Source of the DNA: Leucoraja ocellata
Taxonomy: Eukaryota
NCBI GenBank assembly: GCA_036785375.1
Contig: JAWMAR010000074.1
Location: forward strand, 7,068,001 to 7,132,000
DNA length: 64,000 nt
Direction of reading: 5' to 3'
Part shown: positions 35,989 through 48,564 of the stretch, piece after piece
How positions within the stretch are numbered: position 1 is the first letter of the stretch
How the letters are laid out: each line of letters begins with the position of its first letter
Made by a program: the position numbers and the translations under genes
Notes under the pieces: generated by a model
What the model was told of the DNA's origin: nothing
The model's database searches: none
What the model saw: the letters and a program-made list of their open reading frames with translations, nothing else

Positions 35989-37664
35989 TATACTCATTAA
36001 TAGCAGTCTGTCCTCGGGTGTTGTCCCTGAAAATTTAAAACATGCTGTAGTACAACCCCTGATTAAAAAAACCTGCTCTTGACCCTGCAGTTCTTGGTAA
36101 TTTCAGGCCTATCTCCAAACTGCCCTTTCTATCAAAAATCCTGGAGAAGATCGTGCACAGTCAATTAATGGCCTTTCTGGAAGAACATAATATTTTAGAA
36201 GTTTTCCAATCCGGTTTTAAATCCCTGCACAGCACCGAATCAGCCCCTTTAAGAGTGTTTAATGATATTTTTTTAGCTACTGACCATGGTGACTGTGTTA
36301 CCCTTGTGCTTTTAGATTTGACTGCTGCTTTTGACACAGTGGATCATGAAATATTGATCTCACATTTGAAGCAGTGGGTGGGTATCAGGGGCATAGCACT
36401 GGAGTGGTTCAGGTCGTACCTGGCTGATCGAACTTTCTGTGTCAGCCTTGGGGACTCTGTATCCTCCTCTGCTCCTCACTCGTGTGGGGTCCCACAGGGC
36501 TCAGTTCTTGGCCCTCTCCTCTTTTCTCTCTATTTGCTCCCACTTGGTTCCATACTTAGGAAACATGGAATTTCATTCCACTTTTATGCAGACGACAGTC
36601 AGATTTATGTGCCTCTTAAAAAGAAGGATGAACACTCTGTCGGACTGTTACTTGAGTGTCTCAACGACATAAAGGCCTGGATGGCTCTGAACTATTTAAA
36701 ATTTAATGATAAATTGACGGAAGTAATGGTTTTTGGTGGCACCACTGGGGCCCCCCCTGTAGATCTGGGCTTCCTGGCCCAGTATATTAAACCAAGCATC
36801 ACAAACCTAGGGGTTAAAGTGAACCCTGAGCTAATATTTGACAGTCAGATCAAGGCTGTTGTTAAATCAAGTTTTTTCCATTTGAGGCAGCTGGCCAAAA
36901 TAAAGCCAATTCTGTCAAGGCAGCACTTTGAGACGGTAATCCACGCCTTTGTTACCACTCGGCTGGATTACTGCAATGCACTGTATGTGGGGGTTAGTGG
37001 GTCCTCCATCGCCCGTCTCCAGATGGTACAGAATGCAGCTGTACGTCTTTTAACTGGCACACGTAAACATGAGCAATTTTCGCACATTTTAGCCTCACTT
37101 CACTGGTTGCCTATTCAGTTTAGGATCCATTTTAAAATTATTTTATTTGCTTTTAAATCCCTAAATGGCCTTGCCCCACCCTACCTATCTGAGCTTCTAC
37201 ACCCTTATACACCCGCCCGCTCTCTCAGGTCAGATAATCAGTTGCTCCTGAGTGGGCCTAAAACTAAGCGGAAGCTCAGAGGGGACCGTGCCTTTGCTGT
37301 GTCGGCACCCAAATTATGGAATGATCTGCCTCTCCACATTAAACAGGCCTCTCTCTGTCTGTTTTTAAATCACTTCTTAAAACCCATCTCTTCTCCGTGG
37401 CCTTTGATACCCAGTAAGATGTCAACTTTATTTACTTTCTTTAATTTCTTTTTTGATTGCTTTATTGCGTGGTTATTATTTTTACTCATGTTTTATGTTT
37501 TTTAATTTACTGTTGTATTTCATATGTAATTTTTGCGCTTTATGTGAGCTGTTATGTTCTGTTATGTTGTCTGTTTATGATGTCTTGTTTATTCTTCTGT
37601 ACAGCACTTTGGTCAACATTGGTTGTCTTAAAGTGCTTAACAAATAAAGTTGGATTGGATTGGA
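35989..37664 (+). mobile_element. L2-clade LINE, 5'-truncated, with a largely open RT domain
   Basis: ORF 36153-37505: [49 protein letters not shown] and (TTGGA)n tail. Confidence 0.93.
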
Positions 37665-38421
37665 TAGTCAATGCCCCAGCAGATGAAGGCAAGCACACCA
37701 TATGCCTTCTGTAGCAAATTTCTATAAGCATTTACATACTTGCTTAAAAAGATTTTATTTAGAAGTAAGCATAAAAATAATTTAACTATGATCACTTAAA
37801 ATGATCACAACTAATCATTCAATTTCAATTATGTTCACTTAGCTGAGGCTTTCCAATTTTTCTTTCTAGTATAATATGAATAGTTAATTTAGCTTTTAGA
37901 TGTTGTTGATTCTATTTATATTATCAGCTTTAATTGCACTTATGTTTAGATTGAAAGCTGTCATATGTTTTTGGTGCAAACTTCGATTTTATTCACAATA
38001 TACAGAATCACAGAGTAAATATACATGCAAACATGTAAAGCAGCACCTCGTATAACAATCTGAGCTTACAAAGGATCTCAAATTATGCATTCATAATTGG
38101 TAATATAATCAATATCCAGTTTGGGTTTCACATGAACCACTCTAATCCAGATCTCAAAGTCTTGGCCCAAGCACAATCCAAAGAATTGAATACCAGAGGT
38201 GAAGTAAGGGCGACATCTGACTGTGGAATCAAGCAACCTTGTTAAAATTGAAGTCAATGGGAATTAAGGGAAAATAACTTGATGCAAACACAAGAGAATG
38301 TGCTTCACTACCCACCCAACATGTCCCACTTGTAAAGATTTATAGACAAGCACACCAAGGTCCCTGTGGTCCCTTTGGTCCTATATACCTTTTAGAACAA
38401 TGGTGTTTAATCAAAGTCTTT

Positions 38422-39110
38422 CATTTTGAGACAGTAATCCATGCCTTTATTACATCTAGGCTGGATTACTGTAACGCGCTCTATTTTGGTGTTGCTCGTT
38501 CTTCACTGGCTCGTCTCCAGTTGGTTCAGAATGCTGCTGCTCGCCTTTTAACAGGGACTCGAAAGAGGGAGCACATATCGCCAATTTCTGGCCTCCCTAC
38601 ACTGGCTCCCGGTGCACTTTCGGGTTCATTTTAAGATACTGTTATTTGTTTTTAAATCTCTGAATGGGCTCGCCCCGCCTTACCTCTCTGAGCTGCTCCA
38701 CCCATACGCTCCTGCCCGGTCTCTCAGGTCAGCTGGTCAGCTGCTCCTGGAGGTACCGAGGTCTAGTCGGAGGCTCAGAGGGGATAGAGCCTTCTCTGTT
38801 GCTGCTCCGGCACTCTGGAACACCCTGCCGTTGCACATCAGACAGGCCCCCTCACTGTCCATCTTCAAATCCAGTGTTAAAACGCATTTGTACTCCCTGG
38901 CTTTTGACCATGCCTGAGGCTTTGCTTCTGTTTGTGGTGTTTTTGATGTTTCTTTATTTTACTTGTCTTTTCCTACTATTTCTTTTGATTGTTATTTTTG
39001 GTGTGTATTAACTTTTTTTGTCAATGATTAGTGATGTACAGCACTTTGTTGCAGCTATGTTTGTTTTTAAAGTGCTCTATAAATAAAATTATTATTATTA
39101 TTATTATTAT
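38422..39110 (+). mobile_element. L2-clade LINE 3' end (same subfamily as 28708-29682)
   Basis: Near-identical reverse complement of 28708-29400, with (ATT)n tail. Confidence 0.92.
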
Positions 39111-39149
39111 CTTAAAACATCATTGTCAAGTCAAACTGTAATGAAAGGT

Positions 39150-39945
39150 ATTACCTGCCTCCAAGTTAAGGGGGAGGAGTATTATGTATGTAATATAATT
39201 AGTGTTACCGGCCTCCAAGTTAAAGGGGGAGGAGTGTTAGGTATGGGATAATTAGGATAAGTAATTGGTGTCTTGTGATGTCGGGGGCAAGTACGCAGGA
39301 GCAAAAAAGACAAGGTGGGCGTCCTGCAGTAAAGAAGCTTGTATGATTCCTCCCGTGTCCGAGCCTTTATTCAAGACTGTTCAAAGCATCCGAATACACA
39401 ACAATTGGCGACGAGGATAAAAGAACGAAGATAAGAACAAGGCCAACAAGAAGAATCGAAAACAAAAGTTACAAATAGAAGTAGTATTTGGAAACAAGTG
39501 GAACAGCACCAAGCCAAATGGTTTTGAATTGGCGCCAAAAAGAACAAAGGTAGGAACGGGAAGCAATAGCTCAGGGAAGAGCTAGGAAAACAAGCAGGAG
39601 CAGTAAGGGTCACCAAGCACGGTGTCAGCTTACCTGGAATGTATCCAGGGCTGTGCAGCCCACAGCCAAGCCCAAGCCGCAGCCACAGACACCGGGTGGG
39701 GGCCTAGTACCGTAAAGGCCACGGACAGGTCCAGAAAAGCCACCGACAAGAGGCTGAGTCTTCAGCCCAACTGGGAACAGTCAACCCGGTGGGGGGGGAA
39801 AGCAGAGAAAGCCCGGTCGGGAGCAGAGTCAGCCCGACCGTGAACAGAGAAGTGGAGATAAGCCGAGTTCCGTACGGGGCTTTAAAAGGGCACACAGCAC
39901 CAGAAGCGAGGAACAAGATGGAAGTTGACGCGGCTAAAAACGTCA
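39150..39945 (+). mobile_element. LTR-retrotransposon relic: PPT, 169-bp LTR, tRNA-Ser PBS and leader
   Basis: PPT aaagggggaggag directly before TGTT (39235); LTR ends AACA (39403); PBS TGGCGACGAGGAT at 39406-39418. Confidence 0.75.
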
Positions 39946-40394
39946 ACAGTATAATCTAAGAGACTGTCCTAAAAACTGCCGCGATCGCCAGTGAAGGCAT
40001 GCAGGACTGATTATCTACAGCACCCGATTGGCAGCCAGTTTTTCACCTGCTAAAAGACTAAACTGTTAAATACCTTAAGACCTACAACATCCAAATGCCT
40101 TCAAAGTAATGGCTGAAGCAATAAATCAAGTGAAACTGTCAATTAATTGCTGAATCTGCCAAAATAAAAGGAGAAAAAAAATGGAAAAGAAGTGGTTTGG
40201 TCATTGAGTGAAATCCAGTTCATCATTTCGGGGTGGATGAATCGGATCCCTTTCAAGCGGGGAATCTGCACAAAAACATTAGAAGACTTGACAATCATTT
40301 CACATATTTGCATTTAACTTCATTTCTCATTGGCCTGCCAACCTAGCTATAACCTGTTGAAGTCCCTTATTATCCTCCTCGATGTTTCTCAGTC

Positions 40395-41172
40395 TAAGCT
40401 GGAAAGGGCATAGAGAAGATGTACAAAGATGTTGCCAACACGCAAATGCCCAAGCAATAGGGAAAGATTGTGCATGCTTGTTTTTTTGAGCCCAGGATGC
40501 TGAGGGGTGAGAAAATCATGAGTGGAATAGATTGGGTGAATAGATCAGCCTTCAGAACAAGAGGATTTGAGTGTCAGAGTAAAGAGGTCCTTCTGCAGTT
40601 GTGTAGTCCTGGTGAGACTTCATCTGGAGTATTGTGTGCAGTTTTGGTCTCCTAATTTGAGGAAGGACATCCTTGCTATTGAGGCAGTGCAACGTAGGTT
40701 CACGAGGCTAATCCCTGGGGACTGTCATATGAGGAAAGATTGGAAAGACTGGGCTTGTATTCACTGGAATTTAGAAGGATGAGGGGATCTCGTATAGAAA
40801 CGTATACAATTATAAAAGGACTGGACAAGTTAGATGCAGGAAAAAATGTTCCCAATGTTGGGGGAGTCCAGAGCCAGGGGCCACAGTCTATTAAAGGGTA
40901 GGCCACTTAAAACTGAGATGAGAAAAAACGTTTTCACCCAGAGAGTTGTGAATTTGTGGAATTCTCTGCCACAGAGGGCAGTGGAGGCCAATTCACTGAA
41001 TTAATTAAAATGAGTTAGATAGAGCTCTAGGGGCTAGCGGAATCAAGGGATATGGGGAGAAGGCAGGCAAGGGTTATTGATAGGGAACGATCAGCCATGA
41101 TCACAATGAATGGCGGTGCAGGCTGGAAGGGCCAAATGCCATCCTCCTGCACTTATTTTCAATGTTTCTATG
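40395..41172 (+). mobile_element. CR1 LINE 3' portion (composite, degraded)
   Basis: [25 protein letters not shown] and a CR1 3'UTR ending ..tgtttctatg. Confidence 0.88.
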
Positions 41173-42067
41173 AATGCACAGTCTGTTTTCCAGGGTGGGG
41201 GAATTTTTTGATGTCGAAGAAAGCATTATTTTTTTAATGGAGTCTACTTTTGAAAGGTATGGACAGTAGAATGAGGTGGTGAATATAGTCTTTAAGAGCA
41301 AGAAGATTGGAGAAACATGGGCTTTTTAACAAAAGAAAATATTTGCGAAGTGTTTCTGTGGAGTTGCATCAGGGGATAGGTGAATAAGGTCAGAAGGTAA
41401 ATGTGAAGAATCCTTTGTGACAAAATGATTGAAATTAGGAAGATTATATCCACAACTTCTATTTTCCACAAAGATAATTTAAGGTTTGGAATAGATTTCT
41501 ACTGGAGGGGTAATGCAAAATTTGTGACTCTTGATGTTACAAAAGGAAAACATAGGGCTGTTCTTGCTAAAGGACATGGATCAATGAGATTTGAGGTGAG
41601 CGGGACAGATCACTATTAATAAGGTGTACAGTGAGGAAAATGGTTGGAAAGCAATTCGGGGAAGAAGTTGGATTCAGACCCATGTTAGCAGCTTTTTTTG
41701 CAGATGTGTAAAAGTAACAATGTTAGGGTCAATTTTGGAAAGTGAAGAATGCGATTACTTGTGGTTTTGGCTGCAACAATTGAAAACTGTGTTCTTTATC
41801 ATAATAGGACTCAAGATCATCAAAATCAGGTACTGAACAGGACAGGACAGAATCATTGTCCAAGGAATCTGATTCAACTCAAAGAAAACAACAGGCCTAG
41901 GAATCTAAAGTGCAGCTCCCTTGAACTTGGAGGAGATTGATGGCAAGCAAAAAGTAAACCATTGACCTCTGGAGTTAATAATATACCGTGGGGAAAATTC
42001 ATCATTTGTGACAAGTTAGACGTGATGGAATGGTTAGGGGCAGTTGAGCAAGTTAGGATAACAGGTG

Positions 42068-42280
42068 TTTAAGAGGGAACTGCAGATGCTGGAGAATCGA
42101 AGGTTACACAGAAAAGCTGGAGAAACTCAGCGGGTGCAGCAGCATCTATGGAGCGAAGGAAATAGGCAACGTTTCGGGCCGAAACCCTGAAGAAGGGTTT
42201 CGGCCCGAAACGTTGCCTATTTCCTTCGCTCCATAGATGCTGCTGCACCCGCTGAGTTTCTCCAGCTTTTCTGTGTAACC
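42068..42280. mobile_element. Young Penelope-derived palindromic retroposon (perfect 89-bp hairpin, hammerhead-like core)
   Basis: Arms 42100-42188 and 42194-42282 are exact reverse complements. CTGAAGA-A-gggtttcggccc-GAAACGTT at 42187-42214. 15-bp TSD ttaggataacaggtg (42053-42067, 42281-42295). Confidence 0.85.
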
Positions 42281-42418
42281 TTAGGATAACAGGTGGTGCC
42301 TAACTTACAATTTCTGTTTATAATTTTAGATTTCAAGCAGCTGCAGTATTTTCCCTTCAGATAAACAAGAAAATGTGAGAAAGAAGGGTTCTGTGCAGTA
42401 GAATCAGGAGATGGTACA

Positions 42419-42605
42419 AAATCAGCAAGAATATTCATAATCAATATTACCATACTATGCCAGTTAGAATGTGAGAAGCAAGTATAAGTTTCTAAAAAAA
42501 AGTCATCACACATTTCCCCTGGAGTTATCTTACATTGAGAGTCATTTGCAATGTGTGTGCTCAAGTCCTGTATAAACACTCGGCAGGAGTTGTTCTATAT
42601 AGCAT
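42419..42605. repeat. Unclassified ~185-bp repeat, second copy at 47163-47622
   Basis: Shared tatgccagttagaatgtgag..tcttacattgagagtcatttgcaatgtgtgt..gttctatatagcat, roughly 80% identical by eye. Confidence 0.85.
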
Positions 42606-42844
42606 CTCAGCTCTGAACAACAAGAAAGGCAAGGGCATCAACAAGCAGAGCAGGGTGTACTGTATCTGAGAACATTTCATCAATGTTCTCCAATGACAAA
42701 TATCAAGAAAAGGATATTTCTCCAATGTCAGGAAAAGGATAGAAGTTTTAATTTGATAGTTAAATCAATGGAGGAAGGTCACTGGTCCAAATACAAATCA
42801 GTAGCTGTTTTGACTCATTAATACATTAATATTAAGAATGCCTC

Positions 42845-43308
42845 ATAGAAACATAGACAATAGGTGCAGTAGTAGGCCATTCGGCCCTTCGAGCCTGCAC
42901 CACCATTCAATATGATCATGGCTGATCATCCAACTCAGTATCCTGTACCTGCCTTCTCTCCATACCCCCTTATCCCTTTTGCCACAAGGGCCACATCTAA
43001 CTCCCTCTTAAATATAGCCAATGAACTGGCCTCAACTACCTTCTGTGGCAGAGAATTCCAGAGATTCACCACTCTCTGTGTGAAAAATGTTTTTCTCATC
43101 TCGGTCCTAAAGGATTTCCCCTTTATCCTTAAACTGTGACCCCTTGTCCTGGACTTCCCCAACATCGGGAACAATCTTCCTGCATCTAGCCTGTCCAACC
43201 CCCTAAGAATTGTGTACGTTTCTATAAGATCCCCCCTCAATCTTCTAAATTCTAGCGAGTACAAGCCGAGTCTATCCAATCTTTCTTCATATGAAAGTCC
43301 TGACATCC
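42845..43308 (-). mobile_element. CR1 LINE 3' end (young)
   Basis: ORF 42935-43306 is nearly identical to 1048-1353. Confidence 0.93.
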
Positions 43309-45204
43309 CTCATGAAATGTACATCCTTAAAATATCTATTTTGCAGCCCTAAATTAGTTAACCTACAAACGAATGTGACAGAATCCAGTGTTTACTGCTG
43401 TTTATTGTCAGTTGATAACCAGTTTTTCATCTGCAGGTAATTTAAGGATTAGCTGAGAAAAGAACAGCGCACCTTGGGATAAAAGGCAAAAGAAACACCC
43501 TTTGTTCTAAATGGTAGGTACCTGTACAACATAAATGGATAGCTTTTAAAGCAGTGAATACTGCTCCCACATTTGGAGGCAATCATCTTTGTCTCAGATC
43601 ACTTCAATGCCTGAGGCATTGGCATCCTGCCAGGACAGCAAAACTGGCCCATAACGTTACAAAGCTATAAAACTAACTCTGGAGCAGAGAGTACTTCTGG
43701 GAGACTGAACATATTGAGTTGCATGAATAAACAAACTTGTTTGATTATATTAGAGATTTATTATTCCATTTAAATGTATTAATTTATTTTCATAATCTCA
43801 AATCCTTGTCACAAGATGGCAACAGGACACTGTTGTATTGTTTTAATGAGAACACACATATATAAAACCCTTCGTATTTTTACTTACTGTTTATATAAGA
43901 CGATGTTCCTTTCTGCCTCCGGCATCATGTTTTTTTTAATGCCATGCCAAAAAAGCTTTTGGAGCAGCCACAAAGGGAGAATGAACAACAAGCAACAACG
44001 CAGATCTACTTGAAACGTTTTACTCATCCGAGGTAGGTGCCACTTTAGGAAACAAGGTTAATTAAGTGATTAAGGACAAGGAAGGCCAATCGGCCATTCC
44101 TCAGAAAGGTTGTAGTTTCTCCCACTCACCATCTGTAGAATTAAATTGGTTTTGACACTGTTCCAGGGTTTTTGTCTCGTGTTCTGTTTGTTGACCTTTG
44201 TTAATATCTTTAGTTTGATCCTGTATCCTCATCACACCCACGTTTTAATTTCCAGCAGTATTTAAAATTTAAATTTAAACTATTCTACAGCTGAATCGTT
44301 CTATTTTACAATATTCTACCAATGAACCAACCCGAAGAAGGCTCCTGGTTCATCACCTGTCCATACCCTCTCCAGATATTACACTTTGTGTTTTGCTATT
44401 CTGCATCTTAAACTATTTGTGTCTGTCCAGATGATCACCTCTGCTTTCCAAACTAACACAATAGAGATATTCTCATTTGTTTTCACAATTCTTTGACTAA
44501 GGATAATTTTCTTTGCTCTTCCCAGCATTTTCTCCATCACTTTAATGTTTTTCTGGTATCTCACCTAATCTGACTAATCTAACTAATCTGACCATTGATA
44601 ACTGTTACCTCTTCTTATTGCCCATTGCTCTGGTTTATGCTTGGGTTGGGCATGCTGTTTGGATTTTATTGGCCTTGCTTTGAATTCATTAAATGTTTTC
44701 AGTGAAGATGCATACACTTCCTCAACCTCTTCAATCCCCAAACACCCTTTAGAATGCGAGAGCACACAGCAGGATTTTTCCCTTGTCATCTACAGACATG
44801 ATTTCTACTTCTATTTATTTGCTGAACTCTGTTTTTCACTGATCTTTTCACTGGCTCTGCATCAACAGTCTGCCTGACCAACAACCATTTCGTGATAAGT
44901 TCCTTCAGTTAACTACAATGAAAGCTTTTTGTCCACAAACTTTGCATGTCAGCTCTCACCCAATTCTTTTCTTGCCACACTCCATTAACAATTATTTATA
45001 CATTTTCAACCCACTTGCCACTAAACTAAGCTTGCTATCGTGTCTCCTTTGTTTAAACCATTTGCTTCTTCATTGTTTCATCAATCATCTCTTGCTCATC
45101 TCAGTCTATATGTCTGCGTGTAGCTATTGGGGTTAGTAATATGACATCACAATGGGATCTCATTTACATAAACTGCCCATCAAAAGTGATCCACCCAGTG
45201 CAAT

Positions 45205-46718
45205 GAGTTTCTTAGAACCTTCTGGGATGTCCTGGGGGGTGACTATATGAAGGTCCTGGATGAGAGCCTGGTGACCGGGGAGATGCCCTTCGCATGGAGC
45301 AGGGCAGTCGTTGTCCTGCTGTCGAAGAAGGACGATCTCTGCCTTTTGAACAACTGGCGCTCGGTCTCTCTCCTCAGTACAGAATACAAAGTCTTTGCAC
45401 GGGCAATGGCAAACTGCCTGGGTCCCGTGCTGGCCCAAGTGATCCACCTGGACCAGTCCTACACAGTCCCGGGCCGGTCCATCCAGGACAATATCCATCT
45501 GATTCGGGACCTGGTCCATCTGTCCCAGGGGGCTGGACAGTCAGTTGCCTTTCTCTCCCTTGGCCAGGAGAAGGCGTTCGACAGGGTGGATCACGACTAC
45601 CTTCTTGGGACTCTGCAGGCGTTCAAATTTGGACTGCATTTCGTGGCCCGAGTCCGGCTTTTGTGCGCTGCTGCAGAATGCCTTGTTAATGTCAACGGCT
45701 CTTTGTTGGCCCCCTCACTTCAGGAGGGAGGTACATCAGGGATGTTCCATGTCCGGCCAGCTGTATTCCGTCTGTGTAGAGCCATTCCTGTGCCTTCTCC
45801 GGAGGCGGTTGACAGGCCTGGCTTTACTGGGGCCGGGGGTAGAGGTGGTTCTTTCAGCCTACGCCGATGATGTCATTTTGATGTTCACCGACCCTTTTGA
45901 CCTGCGGAGGATGCGTGAGTGCCAGCAGGTTTTCTCGGCTGCATCCTACACCAGGATCAACTGGGAGAAATGTTCTGGTCTCTTGGTGGGACAGTGGGAG
46001 GTAGACTTCCTGATGGAGGAGATGACATCTTATGCGTGGAGCACCACGCACCTCCTCCAACTTGGGGGTCTACTTGAGTCTCACTGAGAGGGATTGGCCG
46101 GCAAACTGGCAGGAGCTGGAGGCGAAAGTCACTGCTCGGCTAGGGTGTTGGTCAGGCCTCCTTGGCGTGCTTTCTTACCGGGGGAGAGCATTGGTCAAAA
46201 AACCAGCTGGTGGCCTTTATGATGAGGTACCGGCTTGCCACTCTGGTCCCACCCTCTTTATTTATCGCCATGATCAGAGGAGGTTGGTGAACGTCTTCTG
46301 GGGAGAGAAGAATGATTGGGTCTCTGCAGGGGTTTGGAGTCTCCCATTGGAGGAGGGCGGTCAGGCACTTGTTTGCGTCCGTACCTGGTGGCAGCTCTCC
46401 GTCTCAGGACCCTGCGGAGGTATCCGAGTGTCCTACTAGATGGCACGCTCTGGCGACGTACTTTTTCTGCCAGGGTCGCTGATTCCAGGAGGGCACACAG
46501 TTCCCGGTAGCGGGCATTAGTCAACACGCTAGATGGGAGTTGCCTGGCTTTTATCGAGATATACTTAAAGACAGGAATCTGATCACCTTCAGCCAGGGCG
46601 CTGCTCCTCGGGGTGAAGGAGGTGTTGTGGCTGCGAGGGTGGATGGTCCTCACACTGTCACGGTGGGTATCGAGGAGAGGCGTGAGCGTGGAGCGATTCC
46701 GTCCAAGCTTACCCCCGG
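45205..46718 (+). mobile_element. Tx1-clade LINE ORF2 (RT) pseudogenic fragment
   Basis: NWRSVSLLSTEYKVFARA..DQSYTVPGRSIQDN..QEKAFDRVDHDYL, VHQGCSMSG and AYADD across frameshifts. Confidence 0.88.
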
Positions 46719-47152
46719 TATGTATAATAAAAAAAAGTGCAATGAGAGAATTGTTACATTGTTGTAAGGAGAGGGAGGGAGTGGGGGAGGGGAAGAGGAG
46801 AAATGTTATTTAAACATTGTGTTTAGTGGCGGAGTAGGATAGGGGGAGCAGGGAGATAGAGGGAGAGGAGGGAGATAGGGAGGGGAGAGGGATTATGGAG
46901 GGAGGGAGTGACTGAGGGTAGGGGTAGGAGAGGGAGGGAGATGTGAGGGACGGAGTGGAGGAGGAGAAGGAAGAGAAGAGGGAGGGTGAAGAGGAGGGGG
47001 AGGGAGTGTTGGGGGATGAAGGGAAATGAGTCGTGCCTGTGCAGTTGGGGGCAATGGATGAGTGGTGGAATATTGCATTGGGGGAACGGGTTGTGTTGTG
47101 GGAACCGGTGAGTGGTGGAATATTGTGTTGGAACGGGTCCCACTTGGTCTAG
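46719..47152 (+). mobile_element. Helitron 3' portion with purine-rich tract
   Basis: Ends aacgggtcccacttggtCTAG|T like the 6941 terminus. The left arm of the hairpin is lost. Confidence 0.68.
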
Positions 47153-47304
47153 TATATACTTAAAATCAGCAAGAAATTTAAGAATCACCATTACCATAGT
47201 ATGCCAGTTAGAATGTGAGATGCAAGTATGAGTTTCTAACAAAAAGTCATCACGTATTTCAGCTGGATTTATCTTACATTGAGAGTCATTTGCAATGTGT
47301 GTAC

Positions 47305-47574
47305 TCATCATCATCATCATCATTGTTGAAAACATCAACGGGCACGGTGCCTTACAATGCTATGTACGACAGTGATCATACTGAAGTGTGGATGGCCGTT
47401 GGCTCGCTAGGAGCTCATCCGCCCTTTGACAGGTCTTGTTTTTGGTCCTGCTGGGGGTCCTCACCTAGCAAAGCAGGTGGGGGAGACGGTTTAGTCACCG
47501 ATTATCCGACCATGGAGCAGGTAGCACGGGATTACATGGTAGCTGTGGCAGGGGAAACTCCCACCGGCCTGATT
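47305..47574 (-). mobile_element. Unclassified short retroposon with (TGA)n tail
   Basis: Interrupts the second copy of the 185-bp repeat, has (TCA)n at its left end, and is flanked by tactca repeats. Confidence 0.6.
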
Positions 47575-48269
47575 TACTCAGGTCCTGTGCATGGACTCGG
47601 CATGAATCGTTCTATATAGCATTGTATGAGCATGCCTTGCCTTCCTGCCTCGATGTGCCCCAAATTTAAAATGTTCCAGTTGGCATCTGCCCAATTTCAT
47701 CTAATATTTCAAAGGAGTTATGTGTTCAGCACTAATTGGAATTTAAAGGCAAGATTTATAAAGTGACAGAATAATCCAGTGGTGTAATTCTCACCTTTTG
47801 TTCAGCAGATTGGGAGTTTAAAACTGCATGCCAGGACACCCGAGGACAGGCCTGGACTGTCACGATGGTCTTTTGACAGGATGCAGCTGTCAAAGGCATT
47901 CATATTGGTTTTAAATATTTCTAACTATTAGAATCATACACTTCAAATGGGGTTAAATAACAATTTTGTTCAAAAGCATCTTTCAGTGCTAAAAACTAAA
48001 TCAAGATTTGAATGGTCAATAAAAAAGGAAATAAACACTTTACAACATTAACCCTTTCAAGCGATGTTCACTTCAAGTGCATTCAGCTTCTCAGCTCCCT
48101 CCTCTGATGTTTCAGTCCCACATCGGGAGACATAAGGCTGAGTCCAGCAGAAAAGAGGAACCTTCAGCACATTCTGGACCTTCAGCCTGACTTCACAGGT
48201 AAGATGTTTTTTAAGCAGAAACTGCTGACACCCAGTATCAATCGGCAAAATTCCAAACATTAAACATTA

Positions 48270-48564
48270 AACATAGAAACATAGAAAGTAGGTGCAGGAG
48301 TAGGCCATTCAGCCCTTCATGCCAGCACCGCCATTCAATATGATCATGGCTGATCATCTAGAATCAGTATCCTGCTTTCCCCCCATATCCCTTGATTCCA
48401 TTAGCCCTAAGAGCTCTATCTAACACTCTCTTGAATACATCCAGTGAATTGGCCTCCACTGCCTTCTGTGGCAGAGAATTCCACAGATTCACAACTCTCT
48501 GGGTGAAAATGTTATTCCTCATCTACCCCTTACTCTGAAACTGTGACCCCTTGTTCTGGACTCT
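48270..48564 (-). mobile_element. CR1 3' end
   Basis: (CATAGAAA)n tail and 3'UTR. Confidence 0.88.

Noticed and set aside
42419-42570. Duplicated coding exon (STHIANDSQCKI..HSNWH in both repeat copies)
   Set aside because: Differences between copies are almost all non-synonymous, giving no signature of coding constraint.
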